Shown here: piece after piece, positions 13,232-23,993 of the stretch
Numbering within the stretch: position 1 is the first letter of the stretch
Layout: each line of letters begins with the position of its first letter
Assembly (NCBI GenBank): GCA_048013815.1
Contig: CM106586.1
Coordinates: forward strand, 13,392,001-13,456,000
Length of the DNA: 64,000 nt
From: Setoptus koraiensis
Lineage: Eukaryota > Animalia > Arthropoda
Reading direction: 5' to 3'
Position numbers and translations under genes: made by a program
Notes under the pieces: model-generated
What the model saw: the letters and a program-made list of their open reading frames with translations, nothing else
Told to the model about the DNA's origin: nothing
Database searches by the model: none

Positions 13232-14961
13232 CATACAATACAGTTCGAGTATATTCCGATAGCGGCATATTGCGCCAGCCAACGCGCCAACTTGCCAGTG
13301 TCAAGTCGGGGCCCCATTGAGACCTGGGCAGAGATGTTTTACTTTACAGTGCACGCTCTGCACAGCACAGTACGTACACTCTGCATTGTGGAGCATGCCG
13401 TCGGGGGCCCGGCTCTAGCAGTTGGCTGGCCGGAAAGCGTGCAAGGATAAACGCAAAAACTAAATAGATGGCCATTAGCAGACCATAACTGCTATAGATA
13501 TAACAGCTCATTGTTTATTATGTAACAGGCGGCAAGACGGCCACGAGCAGAGCGAGAATGCGTGATTGAGAGAGCGGCACAGAGGGGCACAGAAGGGGCG
13601 CTTATGGGCGCCAACATAAACGGCCACCAACTAATCATTTCGGGCCGCCCAATCTCGCCGCTGCCCGATGGATGCGGCAGCCAGCGGCCCATTGTTTTCG
13701 CTACGGCCACAACTCGTGTCGGCCTACCAGTGTCCTGTTGTGGATATTCGCACCATCTCGGCGCCTTCAGCGATCTAGCTCGCTGACCGGTCCGATCGGC
13801 CGGCCTCATTTGCGGCGCGCATCCCCATTCGCGGCCTCGCTTGTCCGGCAGTTCGCGTTGCTTGTTTCGGTGGCGGCCAGGCTCACCTTGTTCGCTTCGT
13901 CGCTTCTTTGCCGCCTCGCTTCTCTGCCTGCTCGCTTCTTTGGCTGCTCGCTTCTTCGCGGGGTGCGTTTGTCTCTGTGGCCCGGATGATGACGCATTGT
14001 GTGCACTGCCTTTGGTCGCTCGAACTTCGAACGGGGGGCCCCAAACCAGCCAAGCAAAGAGGCAACGACGCACGAGTTGGTGTTTGGGTTGGGGGGGGGG
14101 CGAATCTCGAGCACGACTGGTCGGCGTTGGCGCGGTTCGGAGCCGTTGTTTTGAGCTGTTATCGATAATGCGCTCGCTGTCGTTGCTGTAAAATTCATAT
14201 GATGACATTCGCAATTTTGCCCGGCCGCAAAAACAACTCACCACGCCAGCCCGTTGGCGCGCACGACGGCCCGCCGGCCCGATAGCCCAAGTGACTGGCT
14301 AGAAGATGGCTGGCGAGGCCACCTTAGAGCGATTTGCAATATTCTAGCTGGTCGTTCTAGTGTGCCTATGCGTCTGCATTGCCTACGGGCCAGAAGGGGG
14401 CCGGACCGGCCATTGAGTGAGCGGCGCCCCGTTGGCGCCCGGCGGGATCCAGCGAGCAGCAGCCAGTCGCTGGTAGCCGAAGAGCAGGCTAGCCGGCCAG
14501 TGTTGGTTAGGCACAATTGAAGTAATTGAATTGGTGATTATCTAGACTGCGGTCTATCTATGTCTCGCGCTGGCTGCCATGGGGGCTTCATAGGCACCCA
14601 CACAATCAGCAGGCTAGAGAGTGGCGGCACCAACAATGACCTGCTTGGCCTCTTCATTGTTTCCCCATCCGCATCCATCCAATCACCTTAGTAAGTTACG
14701 CAACTGACAGCCGGTTGACGGGTGACGACGGCCAGCCACCAACAACTAGGCACAACATCGGCAACAACAACAGCAACAACACCGACATCACCAACAACAA
14801 CCAAAGGCAATAAGCAAAACGAAGGGCAATGAGCAAAACAACAACAACAGCGACAACAACAACTTTGGCATTACGCAATACGTGCGTGGATTGCCAAAGT
14901 TTCTATTGTTTGCAAGCGACTCGTCAGCACGAGTTGCCGCTTGCACGAGAACCTCGACAAC

Positions 14962-14981
14962 CACACACACACACACACTCG

Positions 14982-15048
<67 letters not shown>
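14962..15048 (+). repeat. (CA)n microsatellite
   Basis: About 85 bp of CA dinucleotide with two CTCG interruptions. Confidence 0.98.
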
Positions 15049-15050
<2 letters not shown>

Positions 15051-15195
15051 CCATAATGACAGACAAAAAGACGCATCGGCGGCCGCGAAAATCCACAAAT
15101 TGGTGGCTAATTTGTAGCTGCTGTCTCTAGTGTCTAAAGTCTCCACTAGAGACTCTCCGGTGTCGGCCGGGGCCGGCTGTGCGGGCCTTTGTGGG

Positions 15196-15243
15196 GCCCG
15201 AGCGGCGCTTATCAGCCAGTCAGCTGATGGGGGCCGCTCGGGC
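15196..15243 (+). other. Long imperfect hairpin (11 bp, G-G mismatch, C-G, two U-G, 6 bp; 6-nt loop)
   Basis: GCCCGAGCGGC pairs with GCCGCTCGGGC, and ATCAGC pairs with GCTGAT. The intervening GCTT/GGGG pairs by wobble on the + strand. Confidence 0.8.
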
Positions 15244-17186
15244 GCTTGTCAGTTTGTTTGTGTGTGTGTGTGTGTGTGTGTGAGCATTGTTGGCCAGTTG
15301 TCGAGTGGCTGCGTGGTGGCGAATTCTAATGAATGAAAAACCGCTGTTTTGCATAACATCGCAAATAAGTCGCAACTGGCGCAAGTTGTCAGTTGCAGCG
15401 CTACAAGAGTGTCGAATAGAGTTGATTATTTAACTCAATTCTAGCCAGAGAGGGGCCCATTGTGTCCCGAAACGCGCGCCGACCTGACAAGTCAACTGAG
15501 ACTCGTCGACGACGACAACAATCTAGAGAGGCCAAAAGTAACGCTAATTGGTAGACAACAAGCGCTAGTTAACCCGCCGGCTCGGCCTCGTTTGGCTTCT
15601 TCTCGCTCGCTCGCTCTCTGTGGTTCCCAGAGCGAATAATCTACTCGCCCCCGCTAATTCCTGTTGGCTGCCAGCATCGCCTCTCGTTTCGAGCCAATGC
15701 TCGAGTCGCTAAAATACTTTCGGCAAATACTCAAACTTTGTTCGCCAACCAATCCGCTCGCTGCATGCCGCGCACGGATATTTATAGTGCGTCTAACAAG
15801 CTAACAGTCCGACGCAAAGTATCCAACCAAAAGTATCCAGTGCCCTGCCGGCGGGCGCGCCAACAATCCAGCCAGCTCGCCGGAACAAAAAGAATGCACA
15901 CACTTGAGCTTGCCAATTCAAAAACTAACGCACTCGTGTTAAGTGGCCCACCGAGTAGTAGGCGGCGCTGGAGGTGAGTTATATCCCATTATAACTCACT
16001 TGCTTTTTGCAATGATGATATTTAAATATCATCTCATTACTGTCTTGCGCGCTCGCCGCCAGGCTAAACCATCTAGAACGGCGCTAGAACGGGGAGCCCC
16101 AATATCTCATCGCGCACCGGCACAATGAATGAAAGAATCGAAGCGTATTGAAGCGCACTCTTCTCTGCAGTGCCACCGGGCCATTATGTACATGACAGGC
16201 TATAGACTTTCGCTATTTGCGCTAAGACCTTGCCCGGCGCCCCACAAGCACCATCTATCTATCTAAATAAAAATCTAAATCTAAATAGAAATTGATTTTT
16301 CACTAGGCTCGCACACACACACACACACTTACCACTGATAATAAATGCTTATAGCCGGCCACTCTCTCAAATTTATCGAACTTGAGACCGATCCGCATAA
16401 ACAATTGCGCCAACACGAGCCGGGCCTCCTTTGCTCCTCGTTTGTGTGTTTATGTGTGTTTGTGTGTTTGGGTGCTGGGATAAACGCGATTTCGAGCACT
16501 GGCACTCCTATAAATAAACAGATAAAACCGTGCACGGGCCACATTGAAAAGAATGAGATTAATATGGGAATTGTTTCACTCGACTAGCTCAACTTTGGCC
16601 CCGAAATCCTAAATCCGGGCCCCCCAAATGACACTCTCGTCGTTGGATTTAGATGGCGCCTCGGCAGCAGGACAATGCACAATGTGCGGTGTATGTGTGT
16701 GTGTGTGGGGGGGGGGGGGGAGACACAATGCAAAATACAAAGCAATCAAGATTATGTCACTGGGCTACTATTCATCGCCTCTATTTACAGCAGTCACACA
16801 GTAAATGTTGCACTGTATTCAGTGTATGTTATACATTCACTATATATCCCGGGTATATGTCGTTATATACATACCCTTGTATCCATAGTACAGCACGTGC
16901 AGCACTATGGATATAACGTGCAGTATATACACAGCGTGTATAAGGAGACAATGGCAAGGATTTAGGAGATTTTCGAGCGTACGCCTACGACATTTGGCAC
17001 GATAAATAGCAATTGCACGAGTTTACCTTGATGATTTTCGACTTGCCGGGCAAATAATAGCCCGTTTGGTGTGTTTCGCGGGGCCAAGGCTGGGCTCTGT
17101 CGCTCAAATCGCGTTCAGCCGGCTGAGCGCGAGCCCATGATGTTGTCAAGCTTACCATGCCCACTAATTCAAACCGACGAACTCGA

Positions 17187-17455
17187 TTTTCCCGAGCTTT
17201 TCCCAGCTTTTTCGAGTATTTTCAAGCTTTTTCAGCTTTTTCGAGTATTTTCAAGCTTTTTCGAGTATTTTCAAGCTTTTTCCAGCTTTTTCGAGTATTT
17301 CCAAGCCTTTTCCAACTTTTCCAGGCTCTTCAAGCCTTTTCCAGATTTTTCCAGCCCTTTCGATCTTTTTCGAGCCTTTTCGAGCCTTTTCGAGCCTTTT
17401 CGAGCCTTTTCGAGTTTTTTCGAGCATTTTCGAGCTTTTTCGAGCTTTTTCGAAG
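17187..17455 (+). repeat. Degenerate 10-bp satellite, consensus about TTTTCGAGCC / TTTTCCAGC
   Basis: About 270 bp of tandem TTTTCGAG-type units, most homogeneous at 17365-17450. Confidence 0.92.
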
Positions 17456-18090
17456 CTGGTTTTTCGCATGATTATTCTCGCGCTTCTCATGCGTCTTCGC
17501 ATGCTTGCCCGCACGCCAACGATGGCTATTCATGAGCGCATTAGTCGTCATTCTCTATTTGCGTATTATGACACAAACAATAGTTACAGCGGCAAACATA
17601 ACGCTCTCGATGGCGCACCCAATATCTATGATGCAACGCACAAGCAATCGGTTATGATCGGTGCCAATTGCAACACAAACACCACGTCTCAAGTTGGCAA
17701 GACAAGAGGGGCCACAAACAAGGGGCACTGTGTCGTTATGCTGTCATGGGCGCTCAATGCGGCGCGACCGGCTGCTGGCAAACACCGAACAGCAGGTGAG
17801 GCAACAATTCTCTTGATACACTCACCAGCAGGGGTGCTGGTGCGAAAAACACATTCGCCAGCACCCTGGTGAGCGTTTCCAGCACGCACCGCTGTGTGAC
17901 TGGGCACAGGTGAGCGGCCGCTAGGGCGAGATCCCGAGGGCTTCTGGCTGCATTAGATTTTGTGCAGCGAGGATAAAAGAATTGGGCGCTCGTAACACGT
18001 TGCAACGCGTTATAGTGCGTTATGGTGCTCGTGCAACTCGTCTTATCGTCTTGCGCAATCATCGCGCCGGAGATGGCTCGGCAACGGCGG

Positions 18091-18198
18091 CAACGACGCC
18101 AACAACTACAACAGCGGCAACGACGCCAACAACTACAACAGCGGCAACGACGCCAACAACTACAACAGCGGCAACGACGCCAACAACTACAACAGCGG
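18091..18198 (+). repeat. 27-bp minisatellite CAACGACGCCAACAACTACAACAGCGG, 4 perfect copies
   Basis: Exact copies start at 18091, 18118, 18145 and 18172. Confidence 0.95.
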
Positions 18199-20864
18199 CA
18201 ACAACGGCAACAACAGTGTCGCCAACAATGGACAAACACAATTGTAATTCGCGCCGGCCAGTCGGCCAGCCCGAGAGTCACAACAACAACCATAACGACC
18301 GAACGCTTCCACCGGCCGGGCGCCTCGCCGAGCCCGCAATCGGTCGCCGAGAGGCGTGTGTGGTGGCGGAAAGGAGCCCTCGGAACTCGAGGGCACCTTT
18401 TCGCACCACGACGGGTCGGCCTCGCCAGAAGTGGCCACTCGAACAACAGTCTGTTGTGCGGACACTGGATGCGGATTCAAACACCGATACCGGCTCACAA
18501 CAAACGGATATCGAGTTGGATATCGATGCGCGCCTTCGCAATCCGCACACATTTCCGCTAATAGTGGCGTATTTTGCGACACAAGCGCTTCTTTTGTCTG
18601 CGCCCGTGCACCCGACCGGCCCGACAAAGGCGTCATCCACCAGAGGTGCTGGCGTCGCGCTCAAAATGCAAGTTTTCAGGCCCGACTGTTCCATAGAATG
18701 ATGCCCTTTTCCGCTTGCCTACAAAGTCTCTCGAGGGGCGAGCGTGCGCTGGTTTTATTTCCAATTTTACAGCCGGCATGCATATTGCAGGCGTATATTG
18801 CAACGGATGTGATTTCATATATCCGCGGATGCATATTTTATACATCCACGGACATAAATATATTGTATGTAAGTAGCATATCAGATTATGCGGCTCGACT
18901 GGCGCGGCGACTCAACTGCCTACTCGGGCTGCGCGCAGCTGGGCATTCATCCCGAAGGACACATCTCTAGTTTTTGCGTGCCTCGCTTGTGGGCGCGCTT
19001 GTTGGGGCCCGCCGACATTTGCTTTAGTTTTTGCGCCAACTACGGGTCGGATGCGGCGCACCCCGGCCCGTCGTTGGTACCCTGCCGCACCGGCTGCCTG
19101 TGTCAGCTGGCACAGGTGCAGCGAACGCCGACCGGCCGAGATAAGATCTGGCCGGCCGGCCGACCGACCGACAGGCTGGGCATTTACAACGATCAGCATG
19201 ATACTGCCTCGCGACTGTGTGCGCGCGATATCATCTCCAAGGTGTTACGTAATGGGGCCGAATTTGTCGCTGGCGGCGCGTCGTTACTTAGTGCCAGTGA
19301 CACACAGTTCTGTTGCAGGCAGCAACACTAAGTAACGGCGCCCCCCTCTCACCTGGCGCAGCTTGTTATTTCGGTGATTTGATCATTAAGCTAACGACTG
19401 GCCGCTAACAGCGCAACGGCGACTGCCATTCATCAGCAACACGACAACAAGCAATCATTTTTTCTTTCTTTTTGTCCGCTACAAACAAACACAATTGCGC
19501 GACATAATAACATACAATTATTTTAATCGGATAAGCCCGGCAAGCTCGCCGACTAGCGTGCCTCTTAGCTGGCGCGAGCGGCCAAGAAAATGTCATTGTA
19601 ATTTGTGCGCTATCTCTCTCTCTCATCACTAACTGGCAAGTAAGTGTGTGAGGCTCCATTTAACCGTTGCGTTGTTGCGTCACCACCAACAACTTAACTA
19701 GCGGCGATAACGGCGATGACGGCGCCGCCAACAGCAGCAGCAGCAGCGAGGTTGTTGCTCTCTCGGCTCTCTAACAACGTGATTTCGTTTGTGATGAACG
19801 AAACAAACAGAAACAGACAGAAACGTTATGTAAGTTATCGCAACTAAGCAACGCAACTCACATAATGATTATTGATTGAGCCGAGCCAACGTTGCCGTCA
19901 GCGCCCACGTTGAGCGCCCACAACCGACAAAACAACAAGCGCTCGACGTTGTTCAAACCGCTTAGTGGCTAAATATATAATGTCGCCCATTATCGTGTAC
20001 ATGCGGCCGTGAATCCGCTGTCATCTCGAACGATATTTGTGTTCTTTTGTTGGCTTTCCGTTTCCTTGGCCGTCGCCTTGGCGATTCGCCCGCCATCAAC
20101 GGCCATTGTGAGCCACTGAATGGGGCGCTCATTTCCAGTCGACGGCTCAGTTGTTGCGCGCGCCGCGCCCCCATTCCACGAGCCAACAAGATTCATTTCT
20201 GACCCCTTTTAACAATTGTCAAGGTGCCCCGATTTTCGGCTCGCCTTGCCTAGCCTCGCCAAAATGGCCCCCAACAAACGCTAGCTCGTGGGCATTATTG
20301 GCGGGCTTTCGCGGAGCAATGGTTTGAGTGACTTTGCGTCACTGTGGCCACATCCGCATCAGCTGACGGCGCGCCATTGAGCGGAATTGGCTCGAGCTGG
20401 CCGATACATTCAATGAGTGTGACACTGTGTGTAGACCGGCCAGACTGCCGTGAGCATGCTGCGGGCCTCACGGATAAATGAACGAAAAAAAGGGGGGCCT
20501 GCAAGGGGATATTTACGACGAAGGTGGCTCGCCAATTGCGACATCGGCGATCGTGGGCTGATTATCCGTCGCGAAAATCGGCCAACAATAAATTTCGAGC
20601 GTCATGCGAGCAGCCGACAGAGCAATGTGAGTGAGGCGGATATTTTATACAGGCGGCTATTTATGGATTTTAACGACATGGTAGCGGTGGCGAGGCGAAC
20701 TTAAAAAGTTGAAATCCCATCGAAATTGAATAGTTGACCAGCGAGTACAAACAATGGCCGCTACTCGGCGGGCGCCGCCATTCAGCGGGCGCCAGTGGCC
20801 GCCATTGAGCGGGCGCCAGTGGAGCAGACAGCGCGCGCACAGAGATAAAATAAAAATATTAGGA

Positions 20865-21790
20865 CAAGCAGTGATCATATAAGAGGCTTAACGGGCGCCC
20901 AGAGAGACACGCCAGGAGATTAACCAACCGGATATTGGAATATGTAGCGAAGCGTGACTGACACGACGCACACGCACACCTCCGTGGGGCCCGTTGGGCG
21001 CGCTGTTGCGGCGCATTGTGCGTGCCATTATTGGGTGCGCATTGTGTGCGGCGAGCCCATGACGATGACAGCAGCATCATTACATAATAAGCAGCCAGTC
21101 AGTCAGCCGGCCAGCCAGCCAGCCAATCGGCTAGCCAGTGAAGCAGCGACAGTGCCAAGAAAAGTATCATGTGGGGCCGCCAACATATACCGGCCAATAT
21201 ACCGGCCAATATACCGGCCAATATACTGTCTGGGTATATATTGGCCTGGTATATGTATGACGCACTGGACACACGAGCTACACGGGGGCGCCGTCAGCTC
21301 ACCTAGCGCTGATATGAACTGGTGGCGGCCACTTGAAACTTGTTGTCGTGCTGCCGGCGGTGGCCCCATTTTCGATCAATCTCCGTCCGACAGTGTCGAC
21401 TGGGGCGCGCCACTACACACAAGAGCGGCCGAGACTGTGCGCCAGGTTTCAATTTTAATTCAGTCTCGTGTTGTTTGTCTGGGGCCGGTCGGTTGGCCAG
21501 TCTGCGCCCACTGGCGCAATCCGACCGCCAGACTCCGGCGGCGACACTGCCAATCCGACGGCGACACTGCGAATCCGAGGGATTGCGTTTCGGCGACACT
21601 CGGCCCCCAGCGGCACGTCTGGCCGCCGCCGCCGCCGCATCAATATCCAGTTATGTAACTATTAGCTAATCTACTGCTCTGTCTCTCTGCTGTCACTTGA
21701 ATAATAAACTCGCCAAAATGCCAGCCCGGCATCAATTTGGGCGCGTGCCTGTCTGGCCGGCCGGTGAGCCTCTTATGTGATCACTGCTTG
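20865..21790. repeat. Dispersed imperfect inverted repeat pair (20865-20912 and 21743-21790)
   Basis: The reverse complement of the left arm matches the right arm at 41 of 48 positions without gaps. Core AGCCTCTTATrTGATCACTGCTTG matches at 23 of 24. Confidence 0.9.
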
Positions 21791-21817
21791 CCGCACCACC
21801 GGCCCGACTCAGCGCAC

Positions 21818-21901
21818 GGGCCGGCTATGTGGCAGTCAAGTAACGGGCCGGCGATTTGGCAGTCAAGTAACGGGCCGGCGATGTGGCAGTCAAGTAACGG
21901 G
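21818..21901 (+). repeat. 27-bp minisatellite GGGCCGGCGATGTGGCAGTCAAGTAAC, 3 copies
   Basis: Copies at 21818, 21845 and 21872, with 0-1 differences from the consensus. Confidence 0.95.
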
Positions 21902-23792
21902 CGACGGGCGACAACTGTGCCAGCGCAAAAAATATCTGGCTTGCTCAGGTAACAACAATGCACCCGACTACACAAATGTCGCAAACTTATGCTACCATCA
22001 CAACACAATCAGGTGAGTGTCACCCGGGGGCCATCGCACGGCTTACCGACGCTCTTGAAACAGTTGAGCCGGCCGCTGCGCGCCGCTGCCGGTCGACGGG
22101 CCCCACTCTCGTTCCGCCGGCCCCGTTGCCCGCAACGTCGGGGCCCCGTAGCCCGCAACGTCGCAACAAAAGCGGCTGGCAATGCCGCAATACAGCAGGT
22201 ACGCATACATGTATTGTGGGCGCATTTATACATATTTTACACTGCCAGACAACGTTTAAATGTTCAAACGGTTTGCAGTTGACAATGGGCACACGTGATA
22301 TACGCAAATGGCAACCAAATGGTTGATACCATCACAATGCAAAGTGACAAGTGCAAAAACGCCGACCAGCGCCCAAATGAAGAGGCCCCACTGGATGCAA
22401 AACATTGCAATTGTCCAATTGTTTCTTTTTTCGAGCCCCCATTCCATTGTCCATTTGTGCCACATTGCGTTATGCAACCGGACGGCGGGTATTTTGCGCA
22501 CGCGGTTGCGGCACCATTTTTTCCTCGTCCGCGCACCGCGTGCTGATCGCGCCGTCACAAGCGCGCCCAAACAAACAGATAAATAAATGCGCATAAACAA
22601 CCGATCCGCCGCTGCTGGCCGGCCCGACCGACCGACCGGCTGGCGGCAGTGAACTGGCTATTTGTCGGCGCCCCGGCACGCGAAACGAACCCGAGCTCTG
22701 CAAACTAACTGCGCTCCGACAAAGCAAGCGGCCTCCGATCATCGGACCGGCCCGACTAACCGACCGCGACGAGCCGCTTGCCCGGTGCGGGCGGGCGGGC
22801 GACCGACGAGAATAAACAGCGCCGCCGATTCAATCGGGCACCCTACCGTGCGGTACCCTGCGGACTCTGCGGGCTCTGCGGACTATGCGGACTATGCGGC
22901 ACTCGGCGGCGCTCTGGGGTACTCGCCGGCAGTACCCTGCGCGGCGCACAGTGCATGGCAGCCATAAATTGTGTTAATCTCGCGCCAGGGTCATCACGAA
23001 AAAAGCCCGAAATAAAACGAAAAAGGGCCGCTCATTTCCAGTATCCGGCCCGGTGCCAAGGCCACACCGGCTGGCCGGCCGGGCAAGAGCGAGCTGGCCA
23101 GCATTTGGCAGCAGCGGCGGTGCCAATTGGGCCAATTTCTAGTTTGAATATTGGCTCAAAAATATCGGCTCAACGTGGGCCCGAAAAGTCGGCCGAAAAA
23201 TCACGGCCTTGATGCAGAGAGTGGCCTCGCAGTGGCGCTGCTCGTGTCGCATTGGGGGCGCCACTGTGCGCAAAACTGTATAAATTATTACATTATTTGA
23301 TCTAATCAGTGCCGTTGGTCGCATTTTGCATGGTCAGCGCATCGGCGCGCCGGCAGCGGGTGCCCAAAACGCTCAATCTCTGTCGGCTGTGTCGCTTGTC
23401 GCGTCGCAACGAAATCAATATAACATTACGTAAACATAAAGGCTGTTATATATATATATATGTATATATATTTATATATATGCATGTTGTAGGTGTGTGC
23501 GTATATATATAGAGCATTATGTGAGGCAGAAAAATGTACGAAATCGGGCAAAAACGGATGCAGCGACAGGGGCAAAAACAGGCGAGCAGAAAATTCACTT
23601 TGGCTTTTTCTCTCAGTCGGGCGGCCCACATTTATCAATTGTCAGCTGGGTGGCTTATTGATTTTCATCTGTCATGCTCTGGCACGACGAGAGGGACTTT
23701 GGAAATTTCAAGCGCACGTCGCTGACCAGCGCGACATTTACACCAGGCCGACATTTACACCAGGCCGAGATATTTATGCGTCAAGGATGCGG

Positions 23793-23836
23793 CGAGCGAT
23801 CTAGGCGCTTGTCTCGCTCGCCGCCTAGATCGCTCG
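23793..23836. other. Perfect 15-bp stem hairpin, 14-nt loop
   Basis: CGAGCGATCTAGGCG (23793-23807) is the exact reverse complement of CGCCTAGATCGCTCG (23822-23836). Confidence 0.95.
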
Positions 23837-23911
23837 GCGCCGAGATCGCTCGATATCGCGCCGTGATTTGAATGCGACCAATCAAGTCGAGTGCGGCCCC
23901 AGCGAGTCGCT

Positions 23912-23993
23912 GTCTGGCGACGATCTCCAAGTCTGGCGACTATCTCGACGTCTGGCGACGATCTCGACGTCTGGCGACGATCTCGACGTCTGG
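23912..23993 (+). repeat. 19-bp minisatellite GTCTGGCGACGATCTCGAC, 4 copies
   Basis: Copies at 23912, 23931, 23950 and 23969. Confidence 0.93.

Noticed and set aside
13492-14244. 250-aa minus-strand ORF
   Set aside because: GC-rich and R/P/A-biased with no recognisable domain, and several overlapping ORFs exist in other frames; insufficient support.
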